This document shows, one piece after another, positions 49,228 through 60,500 of a DNA stretch of 64,000 nucleotides (position 1 is the stretch's first letter; each line of letters begins with the position of its first letter). This DNA comes from Lingula anatina (Eukaryota > Animalia > Brachiopoda): assembly GCA_051362555.1 (NCBI GenBank), contig CM120644.1, forward strand, positions 13,724,567-13,788,566. Reading direction: 5' to 3'. The notes beneath the pieces were generated by a model, which did not search any database, had not been told where the DNA came from, and worked only from the letters and a program-made list of their open reading frames with translations. The translations under genes were made by a program, and so were the position numbers.

Positions 49228-49257
49228 CTTATCATCATCATCACCATCATTAATATC

Positions 49258-49304
<47 letters not shown>
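49228..49304. repeat. (ATC)n/(ATT)n microsatellite
   Basis: Direct observation, just upstream of the sulfotransferase ATG. Confidence 0.9.
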
Positions 49305-49306
<2 letters not shown>

Positions 49307-49324
49307 TACACTCAGAGAATCACC

Positions 49325-51921
49325 ATGGCGGGAGAGAGATTCACTGGAAATAACGGAAAGGGTATGTTGGGGGTGTGTATAGACGGAGAATACTTTCCAG
49401 CTTTTCCGAATGTGGCTGAGAATATCAAACAGCTTCGTGGGATGGAGATACACAAGGACGACGTGATTGTGACTGGTTACCCGAAGGCAGGTGAGTGGCC
49501 ACGTGCCCGCGGTGGAGTGGGTGCATAAGATAATGTTGAAAACAGAGTTTTTTTTCTTGTTATGCAAATAATAAGCACAGCATTCTCGTAGTTGCTTCTT
49601 CTGGTGAACGTTTTCTCTCTCTCTCTCTCTCGCACACACACTCACAGGCGTCTCGTTTTTTGTACTTTTTTAAATATTTTGTACTTTTGGCCTATGATTA
49701 TTAAAGCAGTCTTATACGCACCCACTTCAAATAGGCCTAATATAGGCTACCTGTAGGCCAACAGGTACGTTTACATGTATTGCACAAAGAAACATGTTAC
49801 CACATTATTTAATATTTCATCAGAAAGAGTTTTCTTATGTGGAAATCCTTTTAAATTGAAGTTTTTTGTAATGTTTCAACAAAACATGTACATGCATTTT
49901 ACGTTTCAAACATTTGCAAAACGTGTTCTCTTAAGTTTACTAGGTTTAAAACGTAGGCCTATTGCAGTAAGGTACAGTTTTATAAATAGATTGGAGATGA
50001 GTATACTGTATTCCAGGTCTACACTGGGTTTGTGAGATCGTTCACATGTTGCTATGCAACACAACACAAGTCAGCAAATTTGTCACTGGCAAGGCACCGG
50101 AAGTGGTTCTCCACATGGAAAAAGTCTCGTTACAGGATCTCGATAATCTCGCAGCACCGAGAATAATGTGGTCGCATCTCCATCACGACCGGTTGCCACG
50201 CGACATGGTGAACAAACATCCAAAAATAGTGCACATCGTGCGAAATCCAAAAGATTCAGCTGTGTCCATGTATTATTTTTGCAAACGTCTTCCTTTTGTC
50301 AAGTTTGATGGAGAGTGGGACGATTTTCTTGAGATGTTCATGGATGGCAAAGGTAAGTACATGTACATGTACACGTGGTCGTACTATAAGATATTCATTA
50401 AGACCAAGGATGTCGATTGAATTTCTTGGTAAGACGGAGTAAGATTGTAATTCTAACATAAATACTATACAATACTGTACTTGTTCAAAGAGTTTTAGTT
50501 TGTCATAATTTACTAAATTTGTCATAACTTACTAAATATTCTTTACTTAAACAAATTTCTTCAATCAATTCATATATCTAATTGACATGTTGTTTAATGA
50601 CTTATTTATTTCTGATGTATTCGATATCTCCCTTTTTCTGCTCTATTATTTATTTATTTATTTATTTAAGAGTACATGTATCTATTTTGAAAGTGTTATA
50701 TGGATCCTGGTTTGACTACGAGGCCGACTGGCAACAGAAAGAAACCAACGTATTTAACATTTCTTATGAACAGCTGCGAGAGGTGAGAAGTTGACATACA
50801 TGTATGAAAATATCATTTTTTCTAATAATCGGTCTGACCAAATCTGCAAGCGACATATGTTTTTTGTGATGATAGTTTATATGGAACACCTTAATTTTCG
50901 TACAATAAGAATAAACACTTTTAGAGCACAAATTCCATTGCTGCATTGCACATTGAGGGCATTGCTCTTGCGTGGGCGTGGAGAAGTTATGGCCAATTGA
51001 ATTAGTTCTGTTTCTTTTACCCCATTTTACTCCATTTTTTGCTCCTTGACACGGTAAAGTGGAATTTAGCTATACATGTGTGTTTAAGAAGAGGAGGAGA
51101 AGACAGACAGCGGAGAAACGAGGAAAGAATTTATTTAGAGGAGTTTAGAAAGAAAATTTTTAAAAATTTAAGACGTTTGTTTAAATTTATCTATGTCTCT
51201 TTTAACAATCCATTAAAATTTTTTAAAAATTGAAATACGTCGTGGGTTGAGTCTACCAATGTCGAACTTCAAGTGTATGATTTTCCATCCTCCGGCTCCA
51301 AATAAAAGTGTGCGCAGCTCTAAATATATGAACTTTTTAACTGTTGATAGGAAAAAGAAAGATTTTTGTTTCTCCAGGCTCCACTCCAAGTTCTCCCGGG
51401 TCTCTCAGCCTTCCTGGGCTGTGACAGAAGTCCCGAGTTCCTGCAGAAAGTTGCAGAAGCCACGTCGTTTGAGAACATGAAGACGGTGAAAGAGGAACAG
51501 ATGAAGGCTACCCCGCTCCCATACAAGAACGGAGTTTTATACAGAAAAGGTAAAGTTGTTTGCGATCCCACTTTTTCTCATTTTTTACTTTTCCGTGCAA
51601 CTGGTACAGTTATATTGTGAATATGTCTTATGTATGTAAAACTAGTATATATGTATAATGGTAATCGATACCAAATATTGAAAACCCGCCCGTATAGTTT
51701 TAAGCAGTCTAGCCTTCTAGTGTCGTCACTTAGTCTAATTCTGGACTACATGTATGTCAGCCCTGCTAAACAGCTAAAAAAGATAACCGTGTACAACTCT
51801 TATTTCAGCAACCGTAGGCGACTGGAAGCACCATTTTACGGTGCATCAAAATGAGCGTTTCGACGCTCTGTGGAACAAAAAGATGCCCGGTGCAGGGTTT
51901 TCTTCCGTCATAACGAACTAG
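49325..51921 (+). CDS. Cytosolic PAPS-dependent sulfotransferase (Sulfotransfer_1 family), 291 aa
   Basis: Exons 49325-49490, 50017-50352, 50694-50782, 51378-51549, 51809-51921 (876 nt in frame). Motifs: [15 protein letters not shown] (5'-PSB), WSHL (catalytic His), [10 protein letters not shown] (3'-PB), [32 protein letters not shown]. Confidence 0.93.
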
Positions 51922-51933
51922 TGCGAAACTATA

Positions 51934-52159
51934 GAGACCATTCCCACAGATATTTAGATCGATCTATCCCCCAGGGGAGTCTCACTAGATTGCTGTCAGC
52001 TTAACCGGCTTAAATGTCTGTCCCGCCTACTAAAAGCTGTGAGGGGGTAATTAACCTTTGTGCGTGCTCGGCTCCCGGACGCTGACAGCAATTTAGTGTG
52101 AACACACAGGGAGTTAGGTCGATCCAGATGGATCGATCTAAATCTGTGGGAACCCAGTC
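51934..52159. mobile_element. Palindromic MITE (family A), 12 nt after the sulfotransferase stop
   Basis: GAGACCATTCCCACAGAT...ATCTGTGGGAACCCAGTC|TAA; interior homologous to the 27948 and 43174 copies. Confidence 0.85.
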
Positions 52160-54323
52160 TAAAGACGTCACCGGCTGTGCACAAGCGAAACGTTATGTCT
52201 GTGACGTCACGTACATCCCGTAGCAAGTGGTTTGAGGTCAAAAGACCGTATTCCTATGGCGAAGGTTCAGCGGCAAGATTACTATAAGCCATCGTTCTGG
52301 TGGATATTTGCACGGTACTTTTTATCACAGCCAGGTAAAAAAAAACTCTCGTTGGCAGATGTATCAAGTTAGCACCAAGACAAATATAGATATGATAATG
52401 TATAAATGTATTAAAATAAAGATGACTTCTTCACAAGCCTTTCGACGTTAAATATCATCAGCTCTTCCTTTACTGGAGCAAATGGTGTACCAACATTGAA
52501 AATAACACAGTATTTCTCGAATGTGTCAGCCACATATATTTTGTATATTTTGCACAGTATTTTCATGTTAGATTTGCAGTATAAGGTCAATGTGATTAAA
52601 CTCCCAAGAACGAGGTACCTTGAGAACATTGATAATTCTGACATCTTGTCTCTTTTCAACAAAGTACACTTCAAATGACACCGAGTAACTACATATCTTG
52701 GTTTTCTTCGTCCCAAATGTGCCCATTACATATGGCACAGGTGCCGTGCTTACTTATAATTCCATTTTGGTGATCCTTTCGATGCACACTAAAATGACTA
52801 GGCCTACATATAGGAATAGAATGTGCCAAACAAGAAGATGGACCGAACCTGATAATACCAGCTAGAGGCTGTATTGGCCTCAATTTACAAATTGTTAGAA
52901 GATTAAGAAGATGGAGAATAACTCTTAGACCTATAGATCTGCTTGGCAGCGCAACAGGCACAATAATAACAAGTAAGAACGGTTCACTTTTGATCATATT
53001 GAGAATTCATCATAATCATCGTGTTGATTTGGTTGATAAATAAATTGTTCAATTTGAAACCGCTTCTACAGATACATGTACATAGATCAATTTTAATTGG
53101 TTAAAAGTGCCCAAGCTTTCGGCTTGTGTGCTTTCTTCGTGGACCAATTGAGCTGCCAATTATTGTTAATCTTAACGGGTGCGTTTTCAGTTTGATTAAT
53201 TCTGGTCAAAGACACAAGTAACTGGTATCAACATGGATTTTTGGTACAGTTTTATTTGAGCCAGATCATAGTGCTGTAAATCATTCTTTCAAATCCATAT
53301 GGTTACCCATGTATATAAAAAAAGAAAAGTAACATTAAGCTAATGAGGCAAATCTAAATGACAATATTGACTTTTATTGTTCCTTAGCCTTTTACTAAAT
53401 GAATACATAAATTAAAAACGCTCACGAGTGTCGCTTTTAAAATGTGAATTAGTGTTTGTACAGCAAAGACACTAGTTCCAGTTGTATATAAAAACGATCT
53501 TAGCCAATATTGTTTAGAAAATAACATCACAGCATCTCATTTCAAGAAGTATTTCATTCAGTGAATGATACTAATACTAGTGAGATGTCGAATTTAGCTG
53601 CCTAAAACCTACAGATAAAAAACACTTTTTGGAAGCAAGATTCTTAAGATTGATTACTTACATATGATCCATTCGTGTCATGTTGAAGACATAAGTTATA
53701 ATAATAATAATAAAATTTATAGTTCACGCAGGTAGGCTTCTCTTGAGAAGAGGTTGTCAAAATGATTTGAAGAATGCGTTTAATATATCACTTTGGAATA
53801 ATAAATAATTTAATGTTGGCATGTGTGCAGAAAACAATATCGAAAGCGCGGCCAAAGTCTAGCATACATTAACAATTTTAACAGACAATTAATAACTCGG
53901 AGTATCTAGCTTTCGCTCGTACAAACTAGTATTATAAAGTATGATGCAGAACACATTTGATGAGATTCTTTGTCGTTTCTAGGAGTATTTTTGCGTCAGT
54001 CCTTTGTCCTTTACGACGTATAGGTCTACTAAGTCCTCCAGGGGCCAATGTCACCAATTGGCATTTAGACCAAATCTTGTACAGCATAATTTCTCAGTAA
54101 TACTCAGAAATAAAAGTTAGTGCTGGTCTGATACATAATTACGCGCTGTTCCATTCATTTAAAATATTTCAAATTTATCCTAGGTCAAGTAGATTTCAAT
54201 TTCTTCTCTAAAACATTAAAACAATAATTGTTTTCTGTTTCGATTTTAGTTTGTGAAGTCGGCCCCTGCAAACAAATCCACCGCATGATTGTGTCGTATT
54301 GATAAAAGTCTTTGTTTCACTAA

Positions 54324-54583
54324 GTGACAATTCCCAGACCCCATCGTACTAACTACGGATCGATCTATCTCCGAGGGGATTCTCGCAATCAACTTGCAAT
54401 CAACTTAAGCGGCTTGGATGTCTGCCACGCCTTCTCAAACTGTTAAACGATAATAATTTACCCCTTAACAGCTTCAGTAGGCGAAACAGACATCTAAGCC
54501 GCTTAAGCTGAAAGCAATCTAGCGAGAAACACCTCGGAGATGGATCGATTCTCTTAGATCGATCTAGGTATGGGAACCCAGTC
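54324..54583. mobile_element. Palindromic MITE (family B, opposite orientation), TSD TAA
   Basis: TAA|GTGACAATTCCCAGACC...GATCTAGGTATGGGAACCCAGTC|TAA. Confidence 0.88.
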
Positions 54584-57500
54584 TAAGTCCTGATATTGAC
54601 CTCCCCGGCAAGCACTCTGTCTGTTTCCCAGGATTCCAGAGCTCTTCTGTATATTTGAACCTGTGCAGAGATATGGGATAAAGTAGTTAAAGACTTAAAG
54701 CACAGCAGATATCTCATGTAACGGACGCTAAATGATATTAGCACAACTATATCGGTTTACAGATATTGTATGCCTTGCTGATGAAGAGTAAAAAAAGTAA
54801 ATGTAAGAAATAATACGTTGAAAGCTAGTATACGAACAATGTCTTTCACTGCCATACCAGGTATTTTACCCCGTGATGAGAAGATGTGTTTAAGTGCCCA
54901 GGTAAACTATTTTTCCTTTATAAAGGTTAACAGCTTACTGTGTGACCAAAAATTTCGATATAAGTGAGCAGTACTTTAATATCTGACTGGACGATTTAAC
55001 ATCTTAATTGTACAGATACCTGATCTAGTTTTCCTACAAAGTTACCAGCGAGGGAGCGACCATTTTGTTTGATACAGTACAAGTCACGTCCAATGTTCAG
55101 AGGAGCTAGAGTCGCCGGAACGGAACCTGGAAACAAATTGAAAAAAATTACCGCTCCCGTAACCGTTTACTTCACAGCCTTTGAGCGCATTCTCAACGAA
55201 TTAAGCCAGGCTTTACAAAGCCGGTGACCTAAAAATGGCGGACGTACATGAAAGAAAAACCGCCTAATCTTTTAATAGTCTCTCCGCCTCTCAAACGCCT
55301 CCCCACAGGTCGTCCCTGCGGGGTACAGTAATTAAATCTCGGCTCCGAACATAAATATTTCCGTGAATATCTCTGGTGATATTATCTCCGTAGATAGTCG
55401 AATCATTGCTGCTCTACGAGCCAAATTATTCCTTTTTCGTCTGTTTTCAAAGATAATAGAAGAGAAGAGCTTTTTTCCTTCGATCGCCTTCAGCCGCCAT
55501 GCTTTCTTCACCACGAGTTTAACTGATGAGCATGCGCACTTAATATTTCTCAGGTAGCTTCCGCATGGCGAACGGAGCCGAGATTTAATTACTGTACCCC
55601 GCAGGGACGACGTGTGGGGAGGCGGAGAGACTATTAAAAGATTAGGCGGTTTTTCTTTCATGTACGTCCGCCATTTTTAGGTCACCGGCTTTGTAAAGCC
55701 TGGCTTAATTCGTTGAGAATGCGCTCTTTAATGCACATGAACCACTGCTATAAGAATAGACTTGGTTGTGAATGCGGCATTATATGTACATAATGAAGAA
55801 AGTGTAAGAAAGTGCCAAGATGACGGTTTTCTTAAGTGGTTGCACTGTTTATTGTTAATGGATGACACTGTTATCTTAGCAACGTCCCGAAAAGCATGCA
55901 TAGAAAAAGTAAAAATACTAAAACAATTCTGTGCCCAGTCAGGGATGGAGATGAATCAGAGCAAAACCAATATAATGGTTATAAACGGTACCGTTGAAGA
56001 TAAGGAGGACCTCGAGGTGGAAGGTCTAACAATTAAGACCTGTGACAAGTATTGTTATCTCGGAGCAATGTTCACTCAAGATGGAAAAAGTGATACAGCA
56101 GTAAGGGAACAAATGGACATGAAGCAGTGTCATGTTATGAAATATACAGCATTTGTTACAAAGAACGTTGATTTCCCCTTCAGCATAAAGAGGAAGGTGC
56201 TCGACGCCGCATTGTTTGCATCCATTCTTTACGCATGCGAGTCATGGATAGGAAACAGTATAGATACGGCAAACCCCATGTACATAAACAGTGTAAAAGC
56301 GTTATTAGGTGTACGGGCATCAACGAGAAACGACACCTGTCTCCTCGAATTGGGCTTGCCCACACTAAAGGCACGCGTAATGGACGCTCAACGTAATTTT
56401 CTGGAGAAATTGTTGCAAGAACGCAAAGACATGGAGGACGACCCTTTCATATTCATGTGGAAAACTTGTGCAGATGCTAAGACAAAAGCGTCAACGTACT
56501 ATCAGAAAGTGTTAGCAACATCCGATCATATTTACTTGGACATTGAAAACCTAAAAGATCAACTTAAAAATTCGAATCAAACAAAAGCAACGACTTATTT
56601 AGAAATGAACCCCAATCTGGAAGTGTGGGATATGTACGCAAACCGCTTCGATATCCCGGAATATCTACGCATAGCTACTACTAGGTTTAGGCTAAGTTCT
56701 CATAGATTGGCAATCGAAACGGGTCGTTGGTGTCGTAAAGAGAGGAACGAACGTGTCTGCAAGTGTGGTGAAATGCAAACAGAGCTACATGTTATAAGCA
56801 AATGCGAGCTCACATCAGCGATGCGTTCAGCCTACCCTGGTATATACGTCCTTGGGGGATCTATTTTCAAAGAACAATTTGCACTTAGTCGTTTCATATG
56901 TATACAAGGTCTTGAAAATATCAGAAACGTAGCTTTTAAAAACGGTGTACCGAACTATAAGTTTTTGTCATGGTATTGTATTGCGCTACATATTATACTT
57001 GTTATGCCTTTATTGATCATTTATCCCTGTATGTAATGTTCTGCTCGCTAGATATTTATTATGTAATCATACGCATACAGTGATGATAATAAACTACTAC
57101 TACTACTACTGCCTACATATACATATACATATGCACATACATGTACATATACATATAGGCTACATGTAAGGTACTATTTCCTTTTCTGATTTCTCACCCT
57201 CAAGGGCGGATTGAGACCGTCTTCTGGGTCTTCTGGAAGACGGTCGGGTTTTAATGTTTACATTGATGGGTATCTATTTTTTCTGTTGGATGGATTAACA
57301 AAGATAAATTGGAATACTGTCAGAAAATATCTCTGGATCCGCTCCTGCAGATCACAGGGTCCATACACTTACCTACACATAAGGTACTGTTCCCCTCCCG
57401 GATTTCTCCAGTTTTCATTATTTTCACCCTAGTGTGTATCTTAAGTGAGTTAAAGGTTGTCACCACACCCACCCAGCTGTCTTCTGGTAGCTGAAAAGGC

Positions 57501-60500
57501 GAATAAGATTTATAATGTATTTTCTGGGGTATTAGAAGATTTATTACGTGACTTAGGCCGCATTCAGAGCAGTGAACTAACTAGTCCTAGGGTCAAATAC
57601 GGCCGACTCACTTGAATACTTCATCACGGGGAATCTATTAAGTGTCTATTAGCGGATTAGACGGCAAGCTTTTTAATGGGTCGCCATGTTTGACCCGCGG
57701 ACTAGTTAGTCCACTGTTCTGTGTGCGGCATTAAAGCGTTTTATTGGTTTCAGCTTAAATACGTCTTATTTGACTTTAAAAAACAGTTATGACATTATAA
57801 TATTCTGAATCATGAAGGGTTCCGAAGGAAAAAGAAATAGGTCAACAGATATATTTGTTAATAGTCAGTTAACATGTTTAGATTTATAATTTCATATTCT
57901 AACTAACAAACGATATGCCCTACCTACAGCTTTTGGAATTGCAGAAACAGAAAATAACCCCCCAAAAAAGCCAAGCGGGACCTTGCTTTACACATTCTAT
58001 TCACGCAGAAAAGGGAAAGACTCACACCTGTTCAAATATATCTGAGTATTTGCATAATTTTGGTATCCTCTTTCTAAAAAATGCACCCCGGTCTACAACA
58101 TCCATTTCGCAATGAAGATCGTTTCCTTGGGTCACAAACAGGAATGTTGGGGGTATGTCGCAGTTTCCGTTGGCAAGGATTGCCCTCAGAACTCGGTCTC
58201 TTGCGTCAGTTTTGTAGAAGAATGAAACTGTTAAACTGAAAGGTGTAGGCGAGAAAATGTGAATTATATTTCAAACTTTCAATTGTAATTTGTAATTCAA
58301 TTGTAATTCAATACAATTTATGGAAAATTCCAAGGAAAAAAAGAGGAAATTACGTTTACAGACTTATGACACCATGTTGAAAATAAAATAACTTACAACA
58401 ATGTGATCCAAAAATTAACTTTAAGACTAACAATATTGACGCTAACAACAGTCAGGTTTAAGTACATTTTGAATGAAATTTTGGTTTAGATCGGTATACC
58501 CCAGTCATCCGTGAGCGAAATAAAAGTTCAATATGTTCATGCTGATAAAATATAGTTGGACACAATGATATTTTGTTATAGTTATGACAAGACATTCAAG
58601 AAAGAGAACAGAGCGATTTACCATGAAGACCGACCATCCAAAAATCTCGGTTTCAAACTTCATGACGAAAATTTGCGTCTGAGGGTGCTTTTGATAGGGA
58701 CATTTATATTATTGGAAAACTGCGATTAAAACGGTCTTTTTAGCACATTTAGAGACACGTGTTCTGCATCCGCTATATGCAGAGTTCACATTTATTTTGA
58801 ATATCCTTCTTCAATTATCCATATTTATCTAAGAAAGAAGTAAAAAAAATCACGCTGAAATAACATTTAACCATTTATTCAGTGTTATTGTGTCATCATT
58901 TTTTACCTAATTCTTCAATCAATTATTACAAAAATACACTTCTGATTTTGACTAATAAGGTTCATACATTTAGGTCTCCATATTTAAGTTTTAGAGAGTG
59001 ACACACCCCAAACGTGACAGTCATAGCTATAGTATTTCTAGTCACACACGGGGGCAGTAGCGCGTGTGACCTCTTCTTGCTGCTACCAGGGTTCTCTTGT
59101 GGCATGCCACTCCTTTGACTGGTTTCTCGGAGATTGGTCAGAAATTGGATTTGGCGAGTAATTGCTGCCCATAGTTTCTCTATAGTGATCGTTATCAAAT
59201 CGTTATTCAAAAACCATGAGGGAATAACACTAAGCAGGTGTTTCAATGCAGGTGACATATTGATACAGGGAAGTAACGATGTTCGGGAGTAGTGATGCGG
59301 CGACGCAATAGGTGACCCTCATTCAAACTATGTCAAAATACAGAGACGATATGAAAATATTATATTATATTTAATTAGTATAAAAAAATCATTATTTCTC
59401 AATGAACGTTCATTAAACGGGCCACCTTCTTGTCTGTACGTTATATTCTTTTCTTTCAACAACTGTAGATCTCCAGTGAACGATGCAACAAAAACATATT
59501 ATGTCCTATAGCATGTAGCATACGGCTCGTTGTTGGGAGCGCAGAATTTATTCAAGTCATATCCATTACTCGCCGCGGCTTGCTCAGCTCTCCTGATTAC
59601 GTCGGGAGGCAGGTGGAAGAGCCAAGGTCTGATTAGCATAATCACTCCTTCAGTTGGCCAGAAGCCAAAGGTCCCGCAATAATAAGCCAAGACATACCCT
59701 GTCGCTGATCCCCAGTAGTAGTAGTCCAAAATACGAAACTCGTCGGAGCGAAAAAGTCCAAATTCAGTCCCAGTGCTTTGAATGATATTCCCTGTCGGTG
59801 ATTTAACGACGAATAAGGATTTGTAGGTGAAGTTACGCTGCAAGTCGGCTCTAATGTTGACACTGTACTGCTTCTTACCCTGGCACGCCGTCGTATTGTA
59901 AAGGTCATAACTAAACGTGTAGCTCTGGCAGTCGTAGCAATCGACCGGAGGCACAGGGATATGGTACCCCGCAGGATAGCCGCGGTATACGAACCAAGTG
60001 TCAGCGAGCGTTCGAATGTCAAATTTCGGGTACAGATTGGTAGGTTTCTTGCACTTGTATTCGGGCATCGGTGGGTTGGGCGTGATGCAACCTTCCCTAG
60101 TCACAGCACATGCCGCCAAGCGGTACAAAACGTCGTCATTATAGTACTGAAAGCACCTCAAGTCCCACAATGCATCGTACATACACTGCGTTACGCTCTT
60201 GTTACAAAAACACTGAAAGGCATCTTCACATAATTTGGTTTTGGCGCAAGAGGTGTATTCTTCGAGGCACTTCTCCTGTATGCATGTGACATTTACGCCA
60301 CGACCATTCCCAGGCAGTTTTGACCATGAAATGGCACTGGGAAACAGCAACAAAGGTGAAAGGAACAGTGCGACTATGATATAGTGCCTCGCCACCATCT
60401 TCTCCCGTCCTCAACCTAAAAGCGTCTACAGTTTGATCTCCCGTCGCCCGTTGAGCTCAAATCACGTTTACAATTTGATTGAAGCCGTCTCCAATACCTA

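Noticed and set aside
52380-53000. Cluster of short ORFs between the convergent SULT and LamG genes
   Set aside because: No motifs recognised; may be UTR or decayed repeat sequence.
58962-59258. 98-aa minus-strand ORF downstream of the VDE-like gene
   Set aside because: No recognisable homology, and the host gene splices in phase without it.
49325-60398. Idea of a SULT + VDE-like biosynthetic cluster making sulfated carotenoids
   Set aside because: Supported only by proximity; the SULT is cytosolic, the VDE-like protein is secreted, and nothing in the sequence indicates substrate or co-regulation.
59642-60414. ORFs 59642-60022, 59961-60233 and 60226-60414 overlapping the VDE-like gene
   Set aside because: Alternative-frame shadows of a GC-richer coding sequence.
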